In this document: positions 1 through 9,122 of the stretch, one piece after another | Position numbering within the stretch: position 1 is the stretch's first letter | Layout of the letters: every line of letters starts with the position of its first letter | Source of the DNA: Candidatus Cloacimonadota bacterium | GTDB taxonomy: Bacteria > Hydrothermota > E44-bin80 | Assembly (NCBI GenBank): GCA_004375965.1 | Contig: SOIS01000073.1 | Coordinates: 14,802-78,801 of the forward strand | Reading direction: 5' to 3' | DNA length: 64,000 bases | Translations under genes and position numbers: made by a program | The notes under the pieces: model-generated | Seen by the model: the letters and a program-made list of their open reading frames with translations, nothing else | Database searches by the model: none | Told to the model about the DNA's origin: nothing

Positions 1-95
1 CCGTTGTTTACACAGAAACGGTTACAGCCCCAAATGGAAGACAGATTACTGTAAAAAGAAAAAGGGAAGAAGGAGGAATTCCATTAAAGAAACTT

Positions 96-644
96 ATGAA
101 GATCGAAAAGGAAATTTTATTCAATGCATTGAAGTTCCCTGATATACGATGTAGAAAGGAAGAGGTTATTAAGGATGAATATGCAGCCTTTCTTAGGGTT
201 TACGACGAGCAACGAATGATACGGTTGGGAAAGATAGTAACTCCTGATGTTTCGCCGCAACTTGAAAAAAAAGAGATAAAAACAAGGTTCATCCAATCTT
301 CCCTATCCTCATATATAGATTACGAACCACTCCGACATAGATTGAAGGTAATAGGACAACGAGTCTTCCTCTACTATTTTCCCGTTACACTCATCAAGGT
401 AAAACTAAATAACCAGCTTATCTCTCTTACTGTAAACGGGCTTTCCGGTAAGGTAACTTCGAATACCCTACTGAGAAAGGAATCAGCTACAAAAAGAAAA
501 AGGATTCTATTTTTAGATACTATGGTAATCTTTCTTTCATCCCTTTTATCTGCATCTTTCATACATACTAACAGTTCCTTCCCCAAACAAATAGGAATAA
601 TCATAGCCTTCATTACCTTACTATATATCTGGTTAAAAAGATGA
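96..644 (+). CDS. hypothetical protein with C-terminal hydrophobic (probable transmembrane) segments
   Basis: 182-aa ORF. AGGAGG Shine-Dalgarno about 9 nt upstream of the ATG at 96. Hydrophobic C-terminal stretches (MVIFLSSLLSASFI, IGIIIAFITLLYIWL). Stop overlaps the next gene's start (ATGA). No family recognised. Confidence 0.4.
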   Translation: MKIEKEILFNALKFPDIRCRKEEVIKDEYAAFLRVYDEQRMIRLGKIVTPDVSPQLEKKEIKTRFIQSSLSSYIDYEPLRHRLKVIGQRVFLYYFPVTLIKVKLNNQLISLTVNGLSGKVTSNTLLRKESATKRKRILFLDTMVIFLSSLLSASFIHTNSSFPKQIGIIIAFITLLYIWLKR

Positions 645-1363
645 ATTTTTTTGACCTTCTTCCATTACAATGTTTAAGATGTGGAGCACCTATCTCATCA
701 GGTCGTTGTGATATGGTCTACTTTTGTCATAACTGTGGAGTAGGATTGGAGTTTAACGGCGATAACCTGGAGATAATTAAAACCCATTTTGCTCAGCCAC
801 TCCTAGAAAAGGAAAAGGAACCTGAACTCTTTCTACCGTTCTGGTCTTTTCACCTTGATATTTCTATTAAAGGCAAAGAGGTTTATCTCCCTTTTCTGTT
901 CCGGGCAAATTACCTCAAAACGAAGGGAAGCTTCTTTACTGATGAAACATTAATAGAAGAAATACTTAAAAAACGGAAGCAACAGGAAAAGGAAGGAGAG
1001 AAGGATTTTATTATATATGTTCCCTCTTTCCCTACAACAGGTTCATTTGCATACTCATCAAACATTGGGAACAGATTTACGGAAGCACAGCCTCACCTTT
1101 TATTCTATGAAGAAAATAAAAAGATGGAATCCTGCATCTATAATTCCTCAGATGCTCTTGCTATTGCAGAGGATGAGTATATCTCTCTCCAGTCGGCAGT
1201 AATTCCCAACTTACTTGCTCTTGACCTTTCGTTTAATCTGAAGGGTAAAAAGGTTATTGGTATTCCTTATACGAGAAAAGAGAAAGGTATTTTCTATGAC
1301 CAGATAATTGGTGAAATAATTCTTGTAAGCGCATTGAAAAAGACAGTAGGCAGTATGGAGTAA
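641..1363 (+). CDS. hypothetical protein with N-terminal Cys-rich zinc-ribbon-like motif
   Basis: 240-aa ORF. N-terminus CLRCGAPISSGRCDMVYFCHNCG has two CxxC pairs. Start overlaps the upstream stop by 4 nt (ATGA), implying translational coupling. Confidence 0.45.
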   Translation: MNFFDLLPLQCLRCGAPISSGRCDMVYFCHNCGVGLEFNGDNLEIIKTHFAQPLLEKEKEPELFLPFWSFHLDISIKGKEVYLPFLFRANYLKTKGSFFTDETLIEEILKKRKQQEKEGEKDFIIYVPSFPTTGSFAYSSNIGNRFTEAQPHLLFYEENKKMESCIYNSSDALAIAEDEYISLQSAVIPNLLALDLSFNLKGKKVIGIPYTRKEKGIFYDQIIGEIILVSALKKTVGSME

Positions 1364-1389
1364 GAAGTAGGAAGCAGAGGAATAAACAA

Positions 1390-2091
1390 ATGCCTAAACA
1401 AAAAATCTGTGCAATTATTGTAGGTGGTGGGAAAGGAAGGCGAATAGGAGGGAATACACCAAAACAATTTCTAAAAATAGATACCATTCCCATTATTATA
1501 AAGACACTTCTCCCTTTTGAGAAGTTAAAAGAGATTGATACAGTTATTCTTGTCCTTCCCAAAAAATGGAAGAAGAGGGGAGAAACTCTTCTTAGGAAGT
1601 ATCGTATTAAAAAGGTCGTAGAAATAGCAAACGCTGGGAGAACAAGACAGTCATCTGTCTATAATGGCCTTATTCCTCTCAGAAGATACAATCCTGATAT
1701 TGTTGTTATACATGATGGAGCAAGACCTTTTATAACAGAAAAATTAATAAGGGCTTCCTATGAAGGTGCAAAAAAATTTGGTGCAGTTAGCGCTGCAATC
1801 AAACTAAGTGATACAGTATTCGAGAAAAAGAAGAGAGTAAAACTTGATAGAAAGAATATCATTCGAATACAAACACCGCAAACATTTAAGTTTCCATTGA
1901 TACTGAGCGCGCATTTAAGTGCAAGAAAAAAGAAGAGGTGGGATTTTCCAGACGATTCGAGTCTCTTACTCTCTTACGGGAAAAAAACTGTTTTTATTGA
2001 AGGCGATAAAAGAAATATAAAGATTACCGATAAAGAAGATCTTCTTCTCGCTCGTGCAATAGCAAAGACTCTCAGTAGTCGCAGACTTTAG
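1390..2091 (+). CDS. ispD: 2-C-methyl-D-erythritol 4-phosphate cytidylyltransferase
   Basis: Motifs AIIVGGGKGRRIG...PKQFL, VIHDGARPF and IQTPQTF are typical of IspD. Length 233 aa. Confidence 0.85.
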   Translation: MPKQKICAIIVGGGKGRRIGGNTPKQFLKIDTIPIIIKTLLPFEKLKEIDTVILVLPKKWKKRGETLLRKYRIKKVVEIANAGRTRQSSVYNGLIPLRRYNPDIVVIHDGARPFITEKLIRASYEGAKKFGAVSAAIKLSDTVFEKKKRVKLDRKNIIRIQTPQTFKFPLILSAHLSARKKKRWDFPDDSSLLLSYGKKTVFIEGDKRNIKITDKEDLLLARAIAKTLSSRRL

Positions 2092-2112
2092 CTTAAGAAG
2101 GCTCCCAATGAC

Positions 2113-3738
2113 CTATGGAATTTCCTTTTTTTGGCATTTGATGAAAACCTCCACAAGTTCTGGAAAAAACTGTGTTGAGGAATCCTTTTTCAATCTTCTT
2201 ATTGCCTCCTTTTTCGAAAGTGCTTTTCTGTAAGGTCTGTCTGAAGTCATTGCATCATAAGCATCACCAATTGTTATTATCCTTGCAACAAGAGGAATTT
2301 TATTACCCTTAAGTCGCTCAGGATAACCATTACCATTCATCCATTCATGATGATATTTTATTCCGTCAAGGACAGTTCTTAATTGTTTTATTGGTTGCAT
2401 AATTTTTACACCACGAACAGGGTGCTCCTTTACTACCTCATACTCTTTCTTTGTAAGCTTTCCTGGCTTTAAGAGTATCTTATCTGGAATGCCTATCTTT
2501 CCAACATCGTGAAGAAGTGCAGAAAGCTCTATTCTTTGAACCTCTGCAGGAGGAAAATTTAGTTGTTTTGCAATCATAACACTGTATTCAGTAACCCGTT
2601 CAGTATGACCTCTTGTATATTTATCTTTTGCCTCAACAGTATTGACAACTGCCCTTATGGAACTTTTAAAAAGGTCAGAAAGGTCAGTATACAGCCGTGC
2701 ATTATCAATAGCTACTGCTGCCTGCTTTGCAATTGCCTCAAATAGCTTCTCGTCACGGTCATCAAAATGTTCATCACCTATCTTATTGAGTACCTCTGCA
2801 ACGCCAATCACCTTTCCTTTTATCTTAAGTGGTACAGCAAGGATTGAACGCGTTTTCCACTTTGTTTTTTTATCCACTTCCCTGAAAAATCTCTTGTCCT
2901 TAGTAACATCAGAGACATTCAATGTTTTTCCCTGTTCTGCTGTCCATCCAACTATACCTTTACCCCAAGGTACCCTTATCTCTTTTGCTTCCTCTCCTTT
3001 TTCACCGGTAGCAACAAGAAAATATAATTCATTGGTTTCTTCGTCAATTTGGAATATCGAGCTTGCCTCTGCGTGCATCACCTCTTTTAGTTTTTCCATT
3101 ATTATATGGAGCAGTTCTTTGAGGTCGAGCGTAGAACTAATTAACGTACTTGTCTCTGTCAGTATAGAAAGTTCTTCGATTCTATTATTCATCTCTGATA
3201 GGAGTTGATAATTTTCTATACTCTTTCCAAGAAATGAGGAAAAAAGAAGAGAGATATCAAGGTCATCCTGGACAAAATCCTTTCCATCCCGTTTGTTTAT
3301 CAATTCAAGAACACCGACAACATCTGTTCCTGATTTTATTGGAAGACAAAGAACATTTCTTGTCTTATATTGAATTGTTTCAGCTATTCGGCTGTCCCAC
3401 CTTTCGTCCTGTTTAGCATCGTTTGACAAAATAGGAACACCTGTTTTTGCTACCCATCCCGCAATTCCTTTTCCAAGTGGGAGTTTTAAGTCCTTCAAAA
3501 AGCCTGCTTTGGGTCCTTCAGCTACCTTGATTACTATATGATCGCCCTCGCGAAGGCGTATAGAACCTGCTTCAGTGCTTGTAATCTCAACGGCAAGATC
3601 GAGGAGTTGAGAAAGAACCTTCCTGTAATCTTCAATATTTGAGGTAACCTCTGTTACCCTTTCGAGCACTTTTAACCTCAGCCTCAGATTTTTTAACTCT
3701 GCCTCTTTCTTTATCAACTCTATATTTTTCTTATTCAT
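2113..3738 (-). CDS. GAF-GAF-HD-GYP domain protein (probable c-di-GMP phosphodiesterase)
   Basis: Two GAF-like regions precede HD...LLHDVGKIGIPDKIL and YHHEWMNGNGYPERLKG (HD-GYP signature). Confidence 0.8.
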   Translation of the reverse strand: MNKKNIELIKKEAELKNLRLRLKVLERVTEVTSNIEDYRKVLSQLLDLAVEITSTEAGSIRLREGDHIVIKVAEGPKAGFLKDLKLPLGKGIAGWVAKTGVPILSNDAKQDERWDSRIAETIQYKTRNVLCLPIKSGTDVVGVLELINKRDGKDFVQDDLDISLLFSSFLGKSIENYQLLSEMNNRIEELSILTETSTLISSTLDLKELLHIIMEKLKEVMHAEASSIFQIDEETNELYFLVATGEKGEEAKEIRVPWGKGIVGWTAEQGKTLNVSDVTKDKRFFREVDKKTKWKTRSILAVPLKIKGKVIGVAEVLNKIGDEHFDDRDEKLFEAIAKQAAVAIDNARLYTDLSDLFKSSIRAVVNTVEAKDKYTRGHTERVTEYSVMIAKQLNFPPAEVQRIELSALLHDVGKIGIPDKILLKPGKLTKKEYEVVKEHPVRGVKIMQPIKQLRTVLDGIKYHHEWMNGNGYPERLKGNKIPLVARIITIGDAYDAMTSDRPYRKALSKKEAIRRLKKDSSTQFFPELVEVFIKCQKKEIP

Positions 3739-3746
3739 CTTTTCTC

Positions 3747-4904
3747 CTATGATAACTCTTGCAGAGTATATTTTCTACTTCCAAGACTAATGCTTTCAGC
3801 ATATTCTAAACCATATTCCCAATCTATTTTAGGAAAGAGGTCTCTAAATTTGTCCTCGCCCTTCCTGAATGACTTCCTGAGTCTACTATTTTCAATTCCA
3901 ATAGAATCATTAACAAGGTCACAGCTTGCCTGATCAATTGCAACAGGATCCTTTGAGGCAAGCACACCTATATCAGGGACAATGGGCGTATCGGAACTGG
4001 GAAAACAGTCACAACTTGGTGTAATATTTATTAGAAAGTTTATGTAGAAAATCCTTTCCTTCTTTAATAGAGCTACTGCATAACAATATTCAGCTAATCT
4101 CTCCTGAAATTTCTTGAGCTCAATGTCCCATGTAATTTTTATCGCACCCTCATTACAAACTGAAATACAGGAACCACAGCCTATGCACTTCTTCTTGTCA
4201 ATAGATGCAACCTCAACAATATTGATTGCTTCAACTGGACAGTATGTCACACATACACCGCAAGAGATGCATTTTGCTTTATCTACATAAGGAACAATGG
4301 AAGAGTGCATTTTTAATTTTCCTTCTTTTGATGCGCATCCCATTGCAATATTTTTTATAGCGCCTCCGAAGGCAGAGAGCAAATGACACTTAAAATGTGC
4401 GATACTTACGATAGCATCAGAGGAGAATACAAGCTGAGCAATGCTTGCTTTTTTAATCTGTTTCTTATTGATCTCTACATTCCTCTTTTCATTACCAAGA
4501 AGACCGTCACCGATGATTATTGGGTAACCAATATTGAAACCATTTTCAAACGCAGTTTTTATATGGTCCACTGCATTTGCGCGTGCACCTCTGTAAAGTG
4601 TGGTCGTATCAAAGAGAAAAGGCTTAGCCCCCCCCTTTTCTATAAACCGTGCAATTCTTTTTATAAAAAGAGGTCGAATAAAGGTAGTATTCCCTTTCTC
4701 TCCAAAGTGAAGTTTTAATGCAACAAGATTATTTTGACCAAAGATTTCCGTTAGCCCAGCCGTATCAAGAAGTTTATCTATCTTTTCAAGAAAACCGGTA
4801 TCTTTAACCCTAAGAGAAGCAAAGAAGACCTTACTCAAATCTCTCCCTTTCGGGGTTTGATAGTTTTCACTTTTTACACGATTAGAATCTTTGGGAAGGG
4901 TCAC
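3747..4904 (-). CDS. DUF362-type protein with inserted 4Fe-4S dicluster ferredoxin domain
   Basis: CISCGVCVTYCPVEAI and CIGCGSCISVCNEGAI (2x CxxCxxCxxxCP). N-terminus VALKLHFGEKG resembles DUF362. Confidence 0.7.
   Translation of the reverse strand: MTLPKDSNRVKSENYQTPKGRDLSKVFFASLRVKDTGFLEKIDKLLDTAGLTEIFGQNNLVALKLHFGEKGNTTFIRPLFIKRIARFIEKGGAKPFLFDTTTLYRGARANAVDHIKTAFENGFNIGYPIIIGDGLLGNEKRNVEINKKQIKKASIAQLVFSSDAIVSIAHFKCHLLSAFGGAIKNIAMGCASKEGKLKMHSSIVPYVDKAKCISCGVCVTYCPVEAINIVEVASIDKKKCIGCGSCISVCNEGAIKITWDIELKKFQERLAEYCYAVALLKKERIFYINFLINITPSCDCFPSSDTPIVPDIGVLASKDPVAIDQASCDLVNDSIGIENSRLRKSFRKGEDKFRDLFPKIDWEYGLEYAESISLGSRKYTLQELS
4628..4635 (-). repeat. homopolymeric G8 (C8 on plus strand) tract inside DUF362/ferredoxin CDS
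   Basis: agCCCCCCCCtttt on the plus strand, encoding ...EKGGAKP.... Confidence 0.6.
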
Positions 4905-4907
4905 TTC

Positions 4908-5849
4908 CTAATTCTTCTCCTTTTGAAACAGTATTTCTGCTCCGTGCTCTCTCTTTTTAGAAAAAAAATTCTTCATCCTATTTCGTATACTTGATTTTTC
5001 ACGTATCACTTTTCTAACTTTTGGTATTGCTTCTTTTGCAGCTTCATAACCCTTTTCAATACAGTAATCAATTTTTCCAAAATCTGCCCAATGTACATCT
5101 TCAATATCTGGTCTAATAATTACATCCGCTTTCACGGTCTGCATTTCTAAGAGCCGTGTTACTACTATCTCATCTATACGGAGGTGAATCTCCAATCCTG
5201 TCTTTGGTTTTTTTGTTTTTTCAAGCTTCCCTCTCAAGGAGACAGCAATGACCATATCTGCATCCATTTCCTTCGCTGCATGTACAGGGACACTGCTTGT
5301 TGGTCCACCATCTACAAGAAGTAAACCATTCTCCTCTGTATAGGGAAAAAGGCCTGGAACTGCCATACTTGTCATTACTGCGTCTATAAGTGGTCCCTTT
5401 TTCTTAATAATATCAAAACCTGAAATAAGGTCGAGGGAGACTGTTGAAAAAGGAATCATGGTCTCTTCCATCATGCAATCAGGGATAATTTGATTTAAAC
5501 TCTCGGTAAGATCCTCTTCTTTTACAAGATAAGACTTAAAAAGTGCTTCTGCAAAGAGTATCTTCTCCTTTATCATACTTACTATCTGTTGTAAACGACT
5601 CTCTTCCTCTCTCTTAAAAACCGAAAGTCCAAGATTCTTGAAAGCCCTCGAGGATGTAAACTTCCTTGTCATCTCTTCAAGCCTCTCGACATTTGGCGAA
5701 GATGAGTAAATTGCTCCAATAACCGCTCCCATACTTGTTCCAGAAATGCATCCAATAGGAATATTTTCTTCTTCAAGTGCCTTCAAAACACCTATATGGG
5801 ATAGACCTTTACTTGAACCACCACCAAGTGCCAAACCTATCTTTAACAT
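4908..5849 (-). CDS. patatin-like phospholipase family protein
   Basis: GLALGGGSSKG (oxyanion/Gly-rich loop), GTSMGA (GxSxG nucleophile) and a later DGG motif. Confidence 0.8.
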   Translation of the reverse strand: MLKIGLALGGGSSKGLSHIGVLKALEEENIPIGCISGTSMGAVIGAIYSSSPNVERLEEMTRKFTSSRAFKNLGLSVFKREEESRLQQIVSMIKEKILFAEALFKSYLVKEEDLTESLNQIIPDCMMEETMIPFSTVSLDLISGFDIIKKKGPLIDAVMTSMAVPGLFPYTEENGLLLVDGGPTSSVPVHAAKEMDADMVIAVSLRGKLEKTKKPKTGLEIHLRIDEIVVTRLLEMQTVKADVIIRPDIEDVHWADFGKIDYCIEKGYEAAKEAIPKVRKVIREKSSIRNRMKNFFSKKREHGAEILFQKEKN

Positions 5850-5943
5850 CTCTTCTCCTCTAATCCTTAAATATTGACATATGGGTATTCACAGATAAAC
5901 CTGCACTCAAGCAGGGATGTGTGGTAAAACTGTGTGATATTTT

Positions 5944-6942
5944 TTACTTAAACCAACCCTCTTTTTTTAATTTATCTATACTATCAGGCTTCTTTCCTTT
6001 GGTAATCCTGTACACCTCTTTAAGTTCTTCTATTTCCTTTTTTTTGTAATTCTCAATATGTCTTGATTCCTGGGTGTAAAGAAGTTGGTTCTTTTTGTAA
6101 AAGGGTCTTTTAATTATCCCAAAGACAATATTTGCTACAAGAAAAAGTATAGCTCCGGTCCATAATAATACATTAATGATAGCCTCTATGGAAATCTTAA
6201 TAGGTTTTCTCTCTTTCCTTCTCGGTTTAGCAACTACTGCAGTTTTTTCAATAACCCCGCCTTCAAGTAAGTTATAAAGGGCATGATATGTTCGAAACCT
6301 ACCAACTCCAGAAGATGCTACAACATCCGCAACACACATCTTCCCATCTATCAATTCAAGCACTACCTTTTCCTGTTCTCCCATTTCTATCGAAAGGCGA
6401 GGTCGTTTTTTTCTCCGAAAGACAATCTTGGAATCAGGGATTGATTTCTTTATTTTTGGCCACTCATCAATCCTCCTCATTCCTTCAATAATCAAGAACT
6501 GCGGGTTTACAAGAACACTGCACTTACTCTTGGAATATAACCGTTCGCCTAACCGAAACTTATACTCTCCTTTTTTCCATGTAAAGAGTTCGTCAACGAT
6601 CTCCTGTATTTTAAACTCTATAATTTTTTCCAGATCCTCTTTTGTCAGAACATTATTTTCTACAAGTTTATCAACAACAGGGATTCCTTTCTTTTTGGAT
6701 TCTCTATCAAACTTCTTTAACTCTTCCTTGGAAATTCTTCCTATGAGAACAAGATAATCACCAATGGGTTTCAATACACCTTTTTTATTATGTGAAGCAG
6801 AAGAGATCATCCCGTTTTCGAAACCGAGTGATATAATCTCTCTCTTGAATTGAAAGACAAGAACACCAGTCTTCCCCTGGGTATTAATTAACTGAAAAAC
6901 ATCAGCTACACCAAAATCCTTTATATTTCCTTCAAATGCCAT
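5944..6942 (-). CDS. DUF4388-like domain protein with C-terminal transmembrane segment
   Basis: N-terminus GNIKDFGVADVFQLINTQGKTGVLVF plus LELIDGKMCVADVV. One hydrophobic helix (ILFLVANIVFGII). Confidence 0.5.
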   Translation of the reverse strand: MAFEGNIKDFGVADVFQLINTQGKTGVLVFQFKREIISLGFENGMISSASHNKKGVLKPIGDYLVLIGRISKEELKKFDRESKKKGIPVVDKLVENNVLTKEDLEKIIEFKIQEIVDELFTWKKGEYKFRLGERLYSKSKCSVLVNPQFLIIEGMRRIDEWPKIKKSIPDSKIVFRRKKRPRLSIEMGEQEKVVLELIDGKMCVADVVASSGVGRFRTYHALYNLLEGGVIEKTAVVAKPRRKERKPIKISIEAIINVLLWTGAILFLVANIVFGIIKRPFYKKNQLLYTQESRHIENYKKKEIEELKEVYRITKGKKPDSIDKLKKEGWFK

Positions 6943-6947
6943 ATATA

Positions 6948-9044
6948 TTACCTCTCTTCGTAATCGCTCCCAAAAAGATTGAGTAAAGAAAAGAGATACA
7001 GTAATATAATAAGGAATGAAGTAATGTATAACCCGAAGTTCATCCCTTTTGGAAAAGGAAGATAGAATGTAATTTTCGTTACTCTATTAATGAACAGCAT
7101 TGAGCATAAAATGGAGAAAATAAGAAGATAGAAAGTACCTGTCTTAATTTTCCCTATTTGAAGATGCCCAAGTCCAGGGAGGAAAAGTCCCCAGAAGATT
7201 GCAGTATAGCGTACTCTCCTTTGGGCATCCATTCTAATCTTATCCCGTAATCTTTCTTGTATATCTACAGAGTGAATAGAGCTCAGTTTTCTGTAACACC
7301 TCCAGCATATAGTTTCGTTTTGAAATATCCGTGAATTTCCTTTTGAGATGGGAGATGAACAGATTGGGCACTGGGTATTTATGCTCTTGGTAACCCGTGG
7401 GACAACAATAAAAATGAAGAAAAAACCTATAAGAAAGGATGAAAAAATTCTATAATCAAATCCGATATATTTCCATGGAAAAATGCTTTTGTCCTCCTCT
7501 AAAGAGGAAAATTCCTTCCAGAGTATTCCCTTGGGTAAAGTAAGATCAATTAGAAAACGGTTGTTTACCTCCTTTGAATTTTTTATCTGTGTAGTGATAA
7601 GATCAAAATTCAATTGTGACGATATTTTCATGTGACGAAAAGATTTATCAAATCGAAGTTTTCTGACATACGCCTGAGCAAGGTTATAATGTGGCTCTGG
7701 TGCCTTTGATTCGTGTGCCTTCGCTAACTCATAATACTTAATTGAACTGTCTATTTCTCCTTTCCAGAACAAAACATTCCCTAAGTTATTGTATGTTTGA
7801 TAAAGATTAGGTGTAATACTTATTGCCTTTCTGTAATTTTTTTCTGCCTCATCAAAGAACCCTCCTCTTTTCAACTGTAGTCCTTTCAGAAAGTATATGG
7901 AGTAATCCCTTTGGGAAATAGTCAATAGACTGTCACATTTCCTTATCCATTTCGATTCAAATCTGGATTTCTGCATACTATCCAGTATCTCAATTTTTTG
8001 AGTCGGATCCATTGCAGTAATGGCTCTGGTCTGGAAACTTCCAAAGAGTGATACGACACATAAAAGTAGAATAAATGATTGAACAACCCATCTTTCGTTC
8101 CTTTTAAGAAAAGGAATTGGAATAATCAACATAAATATAAATGTATATAAAGAAGGGATTGTCCAAATTAACGGAAGAAGCATAAAAGTAACAGATATGA
8201 AGTATCTCATAGATATAGGAAGTTTACGAGGAGTAAAGGTAATTATTTTTGAAACAGCAGAAGGAAAGTACTTTATAAAATAAGCAATAACTAAAGTAGA
8301 TAGAAAGATTGCAAGAAGTGTAAACAACAAATTATAGGAGAAAATAATAACATGTAGCCTTGTTTTAAAGTCGAGGAATATAATATGCACTAAGGATAAT
8401 AATTCATCAAAAAATTCAAATCTTCTATTCAGGAAAAGATATCGGACATAAAAATGTCGGATGCCAAGATTATAAGGATTTAATTCTTTTGAAATTCTAA
8501 CGTTTTTTTCTGTCTCAGTGTCAAAACCGCCCTGAGCAGCTTCTCTTCCTCTAACGAAGAAATATTTGCTGAGAAGAGGTAGCGATAGTGCTCCAAAATC
8601 CTTCTTTAATTCAAGAAACTTTTCTTCTTCCTTCATTTGCCATTTGAGAAGCCTTCTTTGGGAAAAGAGTTCAAGAAGTATAGTGTGTTTGGAAACGTTC
8701 TTTCCTGCCTTTTTAATTGCCATATCATAGTACTTGAATGCTTCCTCATATTTATTCTTGTATCTATAAAGCTCACCAATGCAAAAAGCCAAGAATGGAT
8801 TTTCAGGATGTCTCCGCATCTCATTCCTATATCTCCATCTTATAGAATTAAAATTTAACGAGGGAACATAACCCTTTCCGGAAAGTACTCTGTAAAATTC
8901 AGGGACAAGTCTGAATGCATACTCCTTTTCTTTATATGCAATCTCGTATTCATTCTCATATTGTGAGAATGTTCCCTGAGCAGAAATAAGAGCGGGAGAA
9001 AAAGAGATTAAGAGTAAAACATATGTTATTCCAGACCTAACCAT
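6948..9044 (-). CDS. TPR-repeat membrane protein with zinc-ribbon motif
   Basis: Multiple TPR-like repeats (e.g. YNNLGNVLFWKGEIDSSIKYYELA), several hydrophobic helices, and CPICSS...CWRCYRKL. Confidence 0.55.
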   Translation of the reverse strand: MVRSGITYVLLLISFSPALISAQGTFSQYENEYEIAYKEKEYAFRLVPEFYRVLSGKGYVPSLNFNSIRWRYRNEMRRHPENPFLAFCIGELYRYKNKYEEAFKYYDMAIKKAGKNVSKHTILLELFSQRRLLKWQMKEEEKFLELKKDFGALSLPLLSKYFFVRGREAAQGGFDTETEKNVRISKELNPYNLGIRHFYVRYLFLNRRFEFFDELLSLVHIIFLDFKTRLHVIIFSYNLLFTLLAIFLSTLVIAYFIKYFPSAVSKIITFTPRKLPISMRYFISVTFMLLPLIWTIPSLYTFIFMLIIPIPFLKRNERWVVQSFILLLCVVSLFGSFQTRAITAMDPTQKIEILDSMQKSRFESKWIRKCDSLLTISQRDYSIYFLKGLQLKRGGFFDEAEKNYRKAISITPNLYQTYNNLGNVLFWKGEIDSSIKYYELAKAHESKAPEPHYNLAQAYVRKLRFDKSFRHMKISSQLNFDLITTQIKNSKEVNNRFLIDLTLPKGILWKEFSSLEEDKSIFPWKYIGFDYRIFSSFLIGFFFIFIVVPRVTKSINTQCPICSSPISKGNSRIFQNETICWRCYRKLSSIHSVDIQERLRDKIRMDAQRRVRYTAIFWGLFLPGLGHLQIGKIKTGTFYLLIFSILCSMLFINRVTKITFYLPFPKGMNFGLYITSFLIILLYLFSLLNLFGSDYEER

Positions 9045-9122
9045 AATTGAATAATAAAACTAAATCTTTTCAATGTCAAGGAAAATTTAGATATGGATGA
9101 ACATCGTATATTCACTCTCTGA

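Noticed and set aside
2642-3208. 188-aa plus-strand ORF (also 2563..2745, 3234..3416)
   Set aside because: Lies entirely antisense within the well-supported GAF-HD-GYP gene. Low-complexity Ser-rich translation typical of antisense frames.
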